Below, in pieces: positions 1 through 11,513 of a stretch of DNA of 20,000 nucleotides; position 1 is the first letter of the stretch; every line of letters begins with the position of its first letter. The DNA comes from Eremomyces bilateralis CBS 781.70 (taxonomy: Eukaryota): assembly GCA_010015585.1 (NCBI GenBank), contig ML975156.1; one strand, written 5' to 3'. Both the position numbers and the translations under genes were made by a program. The notes under the pieces are model-generated. The model saw nothing but the letters and a program-made list of their open reading frames with translations, was not told where the DNA came from and did not search any database.

Positions 1-333
1 CTTCCCATCCAAGATTTCGAACAGCGCTGCGGTGCCCTGTGTTGTGTACAGTACGTCGCCCCAGCTGCTGTGACCGCGGGTTCTGCCGCCGAAGTTCTCG
101 TAGTTGTACCCGTATCGCTCGTAGATTTCGACTAGCTCTGTTGCCACTGGAGATTGATGTACATCGACCCAGGTAAGCTTGTCAACAAGTTTGGCAAGGT
201 GAGCAAGCTCTGCCAGGCTAGTTTGGGCGAGAAATTTGGCGACATCGAAGGCGAGGTCGTAAGAGTCATAGTGGTTATAAGAACCTTTGCGTTGGTCTTT
301 CTTGCGAAAGCCGAGGATGCCGCTAGTTCCCAT
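1..333 (-). CDS. Hypothetical protein, 5' part (runs off window start)
   Basis: ATG at 333-331 opens 111 stop-free codons to the edge: MGTSGILGFRKKDQRKGSYNHYDSYDLAFDVAKFLAQ...LTWVDVHQSP...WGDVLYTTQGTAALFEILDGK. Not in the ORF track because there is no stop in the window. Resembles, from memory, an uncharacterised MGTRG..YNHWDSYP family. Confidence 0.7.
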   Translation of the reverse strand, partial: MGTSGILGFRKKDQRKGSYNHYDSYDLAFDVAKFLAQTSLAELAHLAKLVDKLTWVDVHQSPVATELVEIYERYGYNYENFGGRTRGHSSWGDVLYTTQGTAALFEILDGK

Positions 334-414
334 AGTTGATGAATCGTTGCTAGAAATGAAAGCCGTCTCTAGTATTTCACTTGTCCTAATCCTACGGACT
401 GGACTCCTGGAGCA

Positions 415-725
415 ATTCCGGTCAGTCCCATCCACAGTACTCAAATACACATAGCGAAGAGGAGTGATTAACGGTATATAGAAGCAGAGGAGGGCCAGGA
501 AAGGCCTGACAAGTATATAGATGTAGAGCAGCTAACCGAGCTATTAGTAAGGTGCAGCGGTTCAGAGCAGAGGAAGCGGAAGCAGCTCTGACGGGAGCGG
601 CTTGATTTCTGAAAGCGAAGGGCGGGAGCACCCTATTTATAGCTGTACACTGCCTGCCACTAGAGTAAGGCGGCTGGGACTGTCCATGAATTAACCAATC
701 AGTCAACCAATTAATCAATCAATCA
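415..725 (+). mobile_element. 5'-truncated LINE 3' end or SINE-like insertion
   Basis: Ends in ATGAAT plus an (AATC)n-like tail (about 691-725), preceded by a GCCTGCC..GGCGGC stem. Flanked by a near-perfect 9-bp direct repeat, cctggagca (406-414) and cctgaagca (726-734). Confidence 0.55.
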
Positions 726-965
726 CCTGAAGCACCGGGACACCTGAGAGACCGGAACACTTTTTATACTGACACCCGACGTACTATGACGTCCCCTGCA
801 CCCTATCCTCGCCAGACAGGACCCGTTCGTGGCGGTGCTCGTATATTCAACATGGACGCTCGAATTCAAAAAGGGTCAGTTTCCTGGTGTCCCAATTGTC
901 GGAATCCGCGGCTATTACTTAGTCACCGCATCTTGTAGATTACATAAGATTACATAAGCCTGGGT

Positions 966-1112
966 ATATATACCCGTCAAGGTAAAATATGTACTTCTGA
1001 CCGAATACAAGCATCTCACTGCCTCTGAATAGGTATCCTATTGTTTCCGTGATTGATTGACACGCCAAAACGATCAACATATATACCCTCCAAGGTAAAC
1101 TATGTACTTCTG
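966..1112. repeat. Two ~34-bp imperfect direct repeats
   Basis: atatatacccgtcaaggtaaaatatgtacttctg (966-999) vs atatataccctccaaggtaaactatgtacttctg (1079-1112). A tandem agattacata repeat lies at 937-958. Confidence 0.85.
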
Positions 1113-1771
1113 TCGCAGACCAAGGTTTCATCTAACGGAGCCCGAGGCTACAAACTGCATTATAAACTTGCCACGAATCTCATATATCTGGAGGGCCAGG
1201 GGACCAGGCATTGGCATAAGAACACGCAACTTGAACGCAACTTTCAGATACCTAACTAGTTAGAACAACTTAGTTACACAACTTTAATGTCACACGGAGG
1301 TCACCTGACTTCAGTGTGTGTTGGGTCACGTGGTTTAGTGTTTGCTCGGAGATGTCTATCTCTATCTCTTCACGCTGTATTTTAGACAGGAGATGCGAAC
1401 CCGCAAGCGGGTTTCGCTCAAAGAGAGCCTGGAGGAACGAAGCTAGAGTTCGCAGTCTTCGAATCTCCCTTAAAAGAGTACTCGAATTATATTCACAGAA
1501 GCATCATAAAAGGCTTATTTTCCATTGTTCTAGGTTGGTTTTAAGACATGATGCTACGGCAGTCATATGATAGGCCAAAGAGTCAACATATTGTATACCA
1601 TAAAGCAACAAAGCAAGGAATGAATTCGCTATTTTGGATGCGATGATCCTACATAGAATGATATAGTTTATATTCCCAATTCAATTGTTTTTAGAATAAT
1701 AGCGACTTGCCTAGTCCGGTTCGAATTTCACTACGACGACGAATCCCTCGAATTTATTCATAATACCTCTA

Positions 1772-1816
1772 AGTCAAAGCACCCAGTTTCCGGTCATCCC
1801 AGTTTCCGGCCACCAC
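1772..1816. repeat. Fot1-like terminal inverted repeat (one end only)
   Basis: TA (1770-1771) then AGTCAAAGCACCCAGTTTCCGGTCATCCCAGTTTCCGGCCACCAC, with an internal tandem CCCAGTTTCCGG. Resembles the Fot1 TIR start AGTCAAGCACCC and lies about 65 bp past the transposase stop. Confidence 0.75.
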
Positions 1817-1882
1817 AAACAATCCATTTGATCCACGTATTGCCCTAGAGTTACACAAATAGAACAGCCACCATATATATTT

Positions 1883-3500
1883 CTATACATCTAGTTCAAA
1901 TACAGAGCATAAGTGCTCGAATCTAGATTTGCGTGCTCTGAAATCCTCTCCGCCTTTTCCGCAGCTTTCCGCTCCGCTTCTTTGGCCGCCTCCTGCAACG
2001 CAACGATTTGCTCAATTGTAGCAAATCTTTCGTTCAAATCAGGCTAGACTCGTTTCCTTTTCCTCGTAGTCGAACCACCTAGATCTTGAATAGTTTTTTC
2101 AAGTTGTAGAACGTGTGCTTTAAGTGCAGCGATTTCGGTATTCTTCTCCGCCAGGGACTTGGCCAACTTCCCCTAGAATCCCCCGAAGTCTCGCGATGAT
2201 ATTCCCTCAAACTTTTGCTTATATATGTCCTGTAGCCCCTTTAGTATGCTATAGGTATACGGAATTAGTTTAGGGGTCACACGACTGGGCATTACGGTGT
2301 GAATTTCGTTCAATTACGAAACTATTTAATACTTTGGCTGGGTTAAAGGGCACCATTCCTGTTCCACGAAACCCTGCACGTATGTTATGCGAATTTAGAG
2401 CCGTATTTCGAGATTTATAATATATTTCTATAAAATTATGCTTCTTAACTGGTGCAGAGTCATCAAGCGAAGATAGGCGGCTCAGTTCTTTATGATATCT
2501 TGATTTCAGGGGCGAAAAGCATGCAATATCTAAAGGCTGGAGGACATGGGAAGAATGGGCTGGCAAACATAAAATAAATACCTTACTATCTTTCGCCGAC
2601 TTCATGAGCTGGATCTTAGCATGCGTACCGTGCCCGGCGCATACCAAAAAGCGCTATTCTCGGGAGTCTTCTCCTCCATTTTGGTTCAGGGGTTTGGCCT
2701 CCCGTAAGAACTTTTTCTCGAGCCATTATAAGCCAATTTCGTTGGATGTCTAGGCAATTTCTGAGGACGTATAATGCCAGTTCGGGATATCGCGAGAAGG
2801 GAACTACGTCGACTGCAGAGATTTGCCTTTAAGGATAATCAGGGGCGTAATTGATCGGCCATCTGCATATATGTATTCTAGGATAGAGACCCATTCTCTA
2901 TCTTTAGGAATCTTCACGTATATCGTGTTCTTCTTCCTCTTTTGCTTCTCCTAGACTGGTGTAATTACGCGGCCATTAATTCCGCACCCTAGGGCGATGC
3001 TATGCTCATTAAAATTCCACTGGTTATTGGTTTTAATGTTATACCTTTCGATAATGCGTGTATAAGCCGAAAAGAACTCCGAAATAACATCTTTTGTGGC
3101 AGAATTTATTCTAGAAGCCTCGATCGTCCGTCCGATAATCGTTTCTTACCTCAGGATTCCGGAGTAGAAACCCGTCGGTCTAATTTGTGCCGCAGGGAGT
3201 GTTATCTCTATTTTCTTTCGCAATCAGTTCTGCCATTTAGCGAACCTGGGCATGCGAAGGGGCCCTCCCGCAAAGGTCTTCTTCCGTAATCCACTAGACC
3301 AGCCATTTTTCTTGATCTTTTGACAACTTTTGCAACTTCTCGGCCCCTTTTTGATAGGATTCGGTGCCCTTTTAGATATGTTCTTAGAGAGTAGAGTACT
3401 TAACGCCATAAGCCTCCGCAAATTTGTGAATCGATGGGAATTCTCGATCTCAAAAAGCTTATATAGCTTCAGCAATTGCACTTTCATTTATAGGAGGCAT
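1883..3500 (-). pseudogene. Fot1/pogo DDE transposase pseudogene
   Basis: ATG at 3500 gives MPPINESAIAEAI*AF*DREFPSIHKFAEAYGVKYSTL* (HTH-psq-like), then KLSKDQEKWLV*WI (CENP-B HTH) and the DDE_1 region GHGTH...LPAHSSHVLQPLDIACFSPLK. Ends ...LCSVFELDV* at 1883. Many TAA/TAG/TGA codons are consistent with C>T/G>A transitions. Confidence 0.9.
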
Positions 3501-4386
3501 ATTGAAAAAGAATCCATCGTTGTTGGATTTATTTGCGTTATCAAATTAGTCAGTCTCGATAATCAGAGGGAAGTCTCGACCATTAGAGTCCGTCTTAACC
3601 ATCCGAGCCAGACTCAACGATCGGACTCAGTCAGGCGCAAGGTCAGAATCCGGCAGTGTCTGCGGACGCGAAGTGGACGCCGCGGAGCGTGTAGTTTTAT
3701 AGTTCGTTCCAATCATATCACAGGGGCTAAAGCGGGGGGGCCGATCGCGATGTCGACGAAGGCGTGTCAACGACGGCTGTGGTTGAGGGGGACAAATCAC
3801 GTGAAACTCACGTGAAAATCATGTGATTTAAGGTTGGGTTGTGATTTTGTGTCTGTCCCTCGTGCGTCCACAAGGACCTTACGGAACTACGTTCCTCCAG
3901 GCATACATCCAATACATCGCTCTTCTCTCTTATACGTGATCTTTGCTCGATTGGAGTATTCTCCACAGATAAGGTTTGGGGGAAATCTACTTTAAAGTGA
4001 CCCGTTAAGGATGTCTACGAAGTCATATAACTTGATGAAGCCGGTAGCTCCATTAGAAATAATTCGAAGATGATTCCCAGCTAATCAGAGATAGCTCGCC
4101 ATAATTCACAAAATAATGTTGTACTGCTGCGCTATTGTGCTAAGTTACTGTAAGGAAATCGTGGCGTGGATGAGAGGGTGGTGACGTTATCCCCGTTCGT
4201 GCTGTTGATGGAAACTGTTCCAGACATCACAGTCACCCTATCCTGTAATCACGGCTCCTGTAGTGCTTCTCCTATGAGGATGTTTTTGACACGAACTAAA
4301 CATAATGGAACCGCATTCGCACTAAACACATTAAGATGTCTTTATCAACCACCACGCCCATCACAAGTATGTCCTAACCGAAAATA

Positions 4387-4494
4387 GATGCGCTGATATC
4401 GGGTGAGACCAGAAATGGATTCGGGCGGCAGTTCGCCGGGACTCTGAGGTGTCCGGAAACGGATACGCTGATATCGGGTGGGCCTAGAAATGGA
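4387..4494. repeat. Two ~33-bp imperfect direct repeats
   Basis: gatgcgctgatatcgggtgagaccagaaatgga (4387-4419) vs gatacgctgatatcgggtgggcctagaaatgga (4462-4494). Confidence 0.85.
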
Positions 4495-5981
4495 CTACTC
4501 GAGGGAATTGCAAGGGCCTATTGCTGGAACTTTTTAGATCCACTTCTGGCTCCCAAAAATGGGGAAGCTTGTTGGACGATGTTTTGGGACAAAATCTGTA
4601 CCCGACAGCAAGCAAGGAAACACAGTCTTGTTACATGACTGATATTGGCCTGATCCGTGTTATTATGCGCCGCCTCTCTAAAGGTTACCACTTGCGCTTC
4701 GTCTTGGTCTCGTTGCCGCAGTCCTCCTCATTACCGTATAGCTATTGTCGCCGGTGCCATTACCATCAGAGGCGTCCGAACTCTCGCCTCTCTCTGAATC
4801 GAAGGGTTGCTGATGAAACCGTCGGCACAAGCGATTGCGCAGTACTGTTGCAACTCCAAGCAGGGCCAAGGTAATATCCTTTGCTGCTCCCCGGCAACGC
4901 AAGAAATTCGCCAACCAGACTCCCGCAAATACAGCTTCAACCTCGTCTGCTTCGAGCGGAACGAGAAGCTCTGTGTTCTTTCCAGTTTTAGCACCCGAAT
5001 TTGGCAGGCAGCTCATTCACCATCGCCGCGTTTGCGAGCGATTTGAAAGAGACGGACACTTGCTGCGTCATGCGCCATGATGGTGCCTACTACCGCTGTC
5101 AGCTCTACTATGAAGCAAGAAAATAAGATATGGCCATAGAGTGCCCCTAGCGGAGCCCTCGAAGTTGAAACCCCCGACAACCTCAATGATCACTCCAGTG
5201 CAGTGGACGGGATTCAGTCTGTTAGCTTGTCGTCCTCTGATCTAAAAGAGAAGAGCCGGGACGCTTTCATACCAAATCCATCAATCTCCAAACCCCGGCT
5301 GTTGCTCCGTTTGATTGCGTTGGTTGACAGCTCTGCTCGGCCAGCCTCTGGCCGTTGGTCCTCTACAACACGGTTCGTCGCTTCAAACGTATTTACCTAA
5401 TTACAAGCCTGACTGATCGGCATTTCTATCTAGAAAGAGCCTAGTACCGGTCATGCTTCTATAGAATGCTTATCAAATCTCTAAACTCCGACAATTTCAG
5501 CGGTAAGTTGCCGGCTTCGTTTCAATGCCTCAGCGATGACGGGTACGGTCTCGGAAGTGACCATAGAAAAGGGCAGCAAGATGGTTTTCTAATAAATCTA
5601 TGCCAGTTCCCGCCGCTCGCCGAAAGTGCATTTCCTATTTCGGAGTTACCAGCCTCTGTGTGTAAACGGATCACCTCACCGCTACTGCGCTCTCCCTTTC
5701 GCTAGGCGACGGAATTAGTTATTCCAGAGATTTGGGCCGATAATTCAAATCAATAGAACAAACGGAGCAACGTGCAATCCCGTTTTTCACTCTGCTTCCG
5801 TTCAACACTTTGGGAGGCTAATCATGAATCTAGCTTGTAACCCTATGATATAAAGGTCACCTGCTGGAAGGAAGACCAATTCTCATGGCGTAAATGGGAG
5901 CTTTCATGATTCTTAGCCGTTGACCTAATCGGCCTCGTTTTCCCTGATCAGTTTCCACATTTGGTTTTCAATCACCCCAAC

Positions 5982-8260
5982 ATGACGGGCCCAGGGTCAA
6001 AAATCAGCGGTATAGCCGATCCGGCGCTCCTGAACAAAGTTGACAAACTGTTTGCGAGCGGAGTTGGAGAATACGTATCTCTTCCGCAGATTGTAGCCGT
6101 CGGAGACCAGTCCAGCGGTAAAAGTTCTGTTCTTGAAGCATTAACCGGCCTGCCTTTCCCAAGGGACAGTGATCTCTGCACCCGGTTCGCGACGCAGATC
6201 AGGTTCTGCCGGGCACCAAAACCGGAGATTTCGATCTCCATCATTCCGGCCAGTGGTAGTAGCGGGGAGCACGTCGAAGCATGCACCGCCTGGTCAAAGT
6301 CCGGCCTCGAGGACCTGGACCCAGAAACATTCTCTAGCATCATGAGAGAGGTTCGCATATCCATCTGGGTTCTATCCACGGCTAACGTCTTTAGGCACAT
6401 ACAATTATGGGAATCGATGGCGGAATCACCTTCTCCGACGACGTGCTCCGCATTGAAATATACGGGCCGGATCAAGAGCACTTTTCGGTTGTTGATGTCC
6501 CCGGAATCTTCAGAAAGACCACCGAAGGGGTCACGACCAAAGCGGACAAGAAAAAGGTCGAAGCGATGGTCCGGCGATATATGGAGAATCCCCGGTCTAT
6601 CATTCTGGCGGTCGTTCCTGCCAATGTGGACATTGCAACACAAGAGATCCTGACAATGGCCGAGGAGGTGGATCCAGATGGACACAGGACACTTGGGGTC
6701 CTGACCAAGCCAGACTTGGTCGACAGAGGGGCTGAATCGGCGTTGATTTCCCTTGTTGAGGGCAAAAGGCACAAACTGACCTTAGGATGGTGCATTGTTC
6801 GCAATCCTGGACAAAGTCAGCTCGAGAATTCATCTGTCAACCGAGAAGCAATTGAGACGGCCTTCTTCCAGGACAACCTTCCTTGGAACACTCTTGAGAA
6901 GGACAGAGTTGGCATCAGTTCTTTGCGGCTTCGACTGCAGGAGATCCTCGCCAGTAACATCCGTCGCGAGTTTCCAAAGGTGCGTCGAGCCCCCGGCGTT
7001 CTGAAGCGATGCTAATCCTGCCGCAGGTCAAATATGAGATCCATAAGAAGCTCAATGCCCGCAGAAAGCTTCTCGACAACCTGGGCGCAAAAAGAGAAAC
7101 GGCGGACGAACAGCGTCAATACCTTTTGGGTATAAGTGAACGGTTCCAAAAATTCGTGATGTCCGCACTCTCCGCAGATTACGTGGGCGATGATTGGTTT
7201 GATAAGTTCCCAAACCTTCGTTTCGCTACTGCGGTTGTGAACCGCAATGAGGCTCTCGCGAAAATGCTGGCACAATACGGTCACTCGTATATTTTCGACA
7301 GAGAACGACGCGTCAGCGCAGAGGACGGAGATCAATGCGACAGCTCAGAGGACGGAGATGAAAATGACGAAGAAATCGAACGGCAAATTTCAGTCCGAGC
7401 CCAGGAGGACCCCGAGGGCTTGGACGAGCTGCCGCCCGGAGAGAACACGATAGTCAGCCAAACTCCTCGGGGTATTTTTAAGTGGCTATCAAGAGTCTAC
7501 GAGACGTCGCGTGGTTTTGAGCTCGGTACCTTTGATGGTTCACTTCTTGCTATGACGATGAAGACTCAGTCGTCTAAATGGGAGCCAATCGCCGTCGGTT
7601 ACATCAATGATATCATCAGTATGGCGCATACGTTCGTCCGAGACTTATTGCATCTGGTCTGCCCGAATCTCCGCGTGTGGGAAGGTCTCATGTCGGTCCT
7701 CATGGATGAGCTCTTGGCGAAGTATAAAGCTGCGCTCGGCTATGTCCGTTTCCTCCTCCATGTCGAGAGGACCGGAACGCCAGCGACTCTGAATCACTAC
7801 TTCGCCGATAACCTGGAAAAGTGGTAAGTCTATACATCCCGTTTTTGCATCAGCCGCTTATGATTTTACCAGCCGCCAAAAGCGCATTCGCGCCGATCTG
7901 CAAGAGAAAACCTTCGCCGATTGCAGCCACGGCGAAGTTGTCCGCCTCGAAGACATTGTGCAGAACCATCACACGTCTAATGTCGAGCATGTCGTCCAAG
8001 AGATCCATGACATCCTCGAATCCTACTATAAAGTCGCTCGTAAGCGCTTCGCGGATAATCTGTGCATGCAAGCAGCGGACTACCACCTCGTGACAGGGCC
8101 TTGCTCCCCGCTGAGATTCTTTGGCACGGCTTTCGTGAGCAACCTGTCCGAAGAACAATTGATGGATATCGCCGGGGAAGATGCCGCCTCACGAACGAAG
8201 CGTGCTGCTCTGACCAAGGAGATTGCAGATCTTGAAGCCGGAAAGAAAATCGTATCCTAA
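5982..8260 (+). CDS. Dynamin-family (Mx-like) large GTPase, ~712 aa, 4 exons (5982-6350, 6395-6979, 7027-7823, 7873-8260)
   Basis: G1 LPQIVAVGDQSSGKSSVLE, G2 LCTRFAT, G3 VVDVPG, G4 TKPD, and a GED-like C-terminus YYKVARKRFADN. Three 44-49 nt GT..AG introns join the frames into one stop-free ORF. Confidence 0.93.
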
Positions 8261-8680
8261 TTTTGGACTGCATGTACTGTAGCAAGGCAGTTCGGTGTTT
8301 GAGTACTCCGTAAGTTAGCATTAGTTATCCCTTCTTTTGGTAGTTTTTGCTTGGATGGACCGCCTGTTGTGAATGGCGCATATTTAGCCAATCATTTGTA
8401 GCAGACTATCTTCCCCGCTCTCCGCCAACCGGTCACGACTTCCTTGCTCCTGCACAGTTTGTATTGACATGTTCCGGTGCAATGTCAGTTCTAGTTGAAC
8501 CAAACCTACCACGCTCTGGTTTAGTACACCATAACGGGCGCCTTGCAGATTAAAGATAAAGGAGTGGCATCCAATGGCAGCTATCCACGTTACTCATTAC
8601 CCTTATATTTCCAATTTATACAAGACATTTAGCTGGCAATCCTTTCGCAGTGCTTCTCACGACCATTTCCTTCATTTGCC

Positions 8681-10013
8681 ATGTCTAGTCAACCCGCAAT
8701 ATCACCAAAGTTTCTAGAACGCTGGAAAGATGTTCATAATGCTGTCACCACATTCTCCCAAGTTGCAAAGTCGTTAAATGAGGTCGAAGAGGTTATGATC
8801 GAGAGGAGAACACTGGGTGATCAAGTAAAGCGGCTGGAGACGGAAAGGTCCGAGAGTGCTGGGGAGGTCGCCTCTCTTAAAACAACACATACCGTCCTGA
8901 TCCAGCAATTTGAGTTAAGGTACAATAGCTGGGAGCTTGAACGCAAGGAATTACGAGAGCAATACGAAGACGGGAAGCGAAAAGGCCAGCAAGAGCTTGA
9001 TGATATTAAAAGAGAATTAGCTGCAAGGGAAGGCCAGCTTCGAACCGCGCAGTCTAGTATAGTAGAGAAGGATGTAAAAATTCTAGGTTTGGAGAGGAGC
9101 CTACATGAGGCACTGAACGAACTACGAGATATTAGAGGCGCTATCGGGTTAATAGATCTGGACGAGAGTTTGTCAGTATCGGACTCCCACGATATGCGCA
9201 TTTACTAACGTTAGGGGTTGGCAGTTCCGGCCAACTTTCGGAGATATCGAGCACGCTGCGGGCGATAGCGCAAGATTTTTTCTTTACAACCCTTCCAGAG
9301 AAAAATATGGTACGCGAACCCTTTATGTGATATCTTTAACTAACCTCGTCAAGGATACACTGTATCGCCAGCTTCGACAATCTCGTTTCATTGCTCGTCC
9401 ATTCGTGATACCAATATCTAACAGCATTCCTTCTCAGCACCTCAGGATGGTCGCCGCACAAGCTCTTATTGCCCGGCAACTTTCAAACAAGATCTTTCGC
9501 ACTATCCACGTTTCAGAGTCTCCCACACCCCGAGACTTGGACAAGATGTCGACCGAGTACCCCCTACGTGGCACGGTGTTTCGTGCTATGCACGCGACTG
9601 CATTTAATGAACAAGAGAAAGAGCTGATAGACAACGATATTGAAGAAATCACAGACAATCTCATTAGAAGTACTCAACCTCTTGTTTCTGACAGCGAAAA
9701 CCTTAAAATGAGGCTTCGAAAGCTTTTCAAGGATGCGTTATGGCTTTGGCAATACGCGAGAAGAAACATAGAGAGAGTCTATTGCTCTATAGACAGTGTA
9801 AACTGGAACCATTGCGAAGAGTATCAGAGTCCCACCATTACCAAAGAACGCGACTTACCAAAGGTGCGGACTTCTGATATAGTTTTGTTCCCTTGCATAC
9901 ATTTGCGGTCAGGTCGCAAGCCTTTCCATCCTGGCTATGTTCTTCGGTCTGACAATCCTCTTCTGATGCTAGGTGCGATAGAGGCTACGGAGCAGGATTC
10001 TCATGTATCGTGA
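8681..10013 (+). CDS. Coiled-coil protein of unknown function, ~411 aa, 3 exons (8681-9171, 9225-9309, 9354-10013)
   Basis: Exon 1 is E/K/R/L-rich with heptad character. Introns gtcagt..ctaac..cag and gtacgc..ctaac..aag keep the frame. The C-terminal domain PISNSIPSQHLRMVAAQALIARQLSNKIFR resembles, from memory, fungal proteins loosely annotated as MEI5-like. Confidence 0.75.
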
Positions 10014-10229
10014 TCTCCTTTGGGCACACAGGGTAAGGGAAAGTTAAGACTAGCTTCGAGGGCATATTCAAGGGACAATGCAGCTTTGGCCAGACATCTA
10101 TTATGTATTTATCTACTATTCTAGGCTCTCCGTTTCAGGGTAACAGTATGTAAACGTCGGCTCCGAGATACACTTTAAGAGCCATGCAGCGCAGGTTCAC
10201 AATATATCCTTCTGGATATCACTGTCTCA

Positions 10230-10417
10230 TGTCATGGGCCCAAACCACGAAGGATTTGGTAAGCTGGTAACGCTGTTGAATTGCTAAAGAGAGAAGGAGA
10301 AGATCTCTCTTACTGCGATCTGCTATTTACATCTGTGGGCAAACGGTCTACCCATCCCTTCTGCCTTAGGCTGCAAGGCCACAACACACAGACTGGGCGA
10401 AGCCCAAGACTGTCACA
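10230..10417 (-). mobile_element. Solo LTR family A, copy 1 (188 bp)
   Basis: TGTCA...TCACA termini with a perfect 5-bp TSD TCTCA (10225-10229, 10418-10422). Differs from copies 2 and 3 at about 5 positions each. Strand inferred from motif order. Confidence 0.93.
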
Positions 10418-10937
10418 TCTCATCCACATATGTCAAAGAAAATGAGACTTGCACGTCCGCGTTTAGGTCGCACGACAATCAAGTCTTGCCGCTTCTAGAT
10501 GATTTATAACTGTTGCATCAACTACTCCAGATCTTAACTTGAAGGGCAGTTGACGAGGATAAGAATCGGATAATTAAACCTTGGGGGACTGGCCGTCCAG
10601 GGGCAGCGGGGTAAAGGATGTGTTCCGAAATCCATTAACCTAACAACCAGTTTCCTGGATTCTGAAAATGGTAATTTACAGACTCCTATTTATTTCATTT
10701 ATTTCTTACATCCACCCTAGCCATGCGGTCGCGTCCTACAGTGACGAGCAGAGTCGGTTTCCAGTTTTACGCTTCAATATGATCTCGACGTACTGTCGCA
10801 TTACGCGGGGGTGATGATTAAGCAAGTTCGCTGCTTAAGCTCAGTTACCGTACTGTATAGACACAACGCATGTTGATATTGACGATTCCCATTGTATCCC
10901 CGAGTGTGTTTTCGCTAGCTAAACCGTTGAAAATAGG

Positions 10938-11109
10938 TGTGATGGATCAGAGGTCCGCAGACCTGGATGCCTTGTGGCCTTGTGGCCCGTTTGCTCTGTA
11001 AACACCAGAACAGATAAACGCCTCGCACACCTTAGATAGATTCCTCCTTCATAGCAACAATTCAATGTTTGCCTCACGATTGGAGATTCCCGACAGTGAG
11101 ACTCTTACA
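10938..11109 (+). mobile_element. Solo LTR family B (172 bp)
   Basis: TGTGA...TTACA with a perfect TSD ATAGG (10933-10937, 11110-11114). Contains GCCTTGTGGCCTTGTGGCC and TAGATAG plus a pyrimidine tract. Confidence 0.85.
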
Positions 11110-11513
11110 ATAGGCAAATACATAGGAGAAGAGTGAGCAGTCCTAAATAGGCTTAGCCTAGGGGTAATGGGCAGAGAAAGGAATATTGCGTGGTAGTAGA
11201 AACGAACAGGGACATCCTGCGACACATACAGTCCTCCTGGCAAGGGATACGCATCCTATTTCGTATTAGTGCATTGCAGGGTGAGACTGCGCCATCCGCT
11301 GCGCCATGAGCTCTTTTGCACCTTCACACCAGTCCTTGTGTGGACGATGCCAACAGGTAATAGAACCAATAATGTGGAAGCTGCGTTTTCCCTTTTTCAT
11401 CACACTATCCCCCCACGTAGTACCAGTAATTATATCCTTTCGCTGAAGATATTCTTGAGAGAACTCAATCCCCCTAGCGACTTACGTTCGGTTCTTTAAA
11501 ACCTACCCTCGCT

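Larger units (their letters stand above)
1772..3550 (-). mobile_element. Fot1/pogo-family (Tc1-mariner) DNA transposon, RIP-inactivated, second TIR not found
   Basis: One TIR plus a transposase pseudogene. The right boundary is approximate. Confidence 0.85.

Noticed and set aside
154..339. 61-aa plus-strand ORF
   Set aside because: Antisense to the better-supported minus-strand gene starting at 333.
419..686. Solo LTR or MITE defined by the inverted repeat gtcagtccca/tgggactgtc
   Set aside because: No TSD at those ends. The tail plus 9-bp TSD fit a non-LTR insertion better.
1288..1497. Possible solo LTR (TGTCACA...TTCACA, hairpin at 1396-1418)
   Set aside because: No TSD (TTTAA vs GAAGC) and no second copy in the window, so the boundaries cannot be supported.
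3002..3815. ORFs 3002-3289, 3224-3487 and 3330-3815
   Set aside because: Off-frame or antisense readings of the RIP-damaged transposase and its flank.
4387..4494. CRISPR-like repeat-spacer-repeat
   Set aside because: Only two imperfect units, fungal context, and no cas genes.
5972..8321. Antisense and alternate-frame ORFs over the dynamin gene (also 14226-15287 over PNP and 18052-18659 over PRTase)
   Set aside because: Shadow ORFs of GC-rich coding sequence with no motifs.
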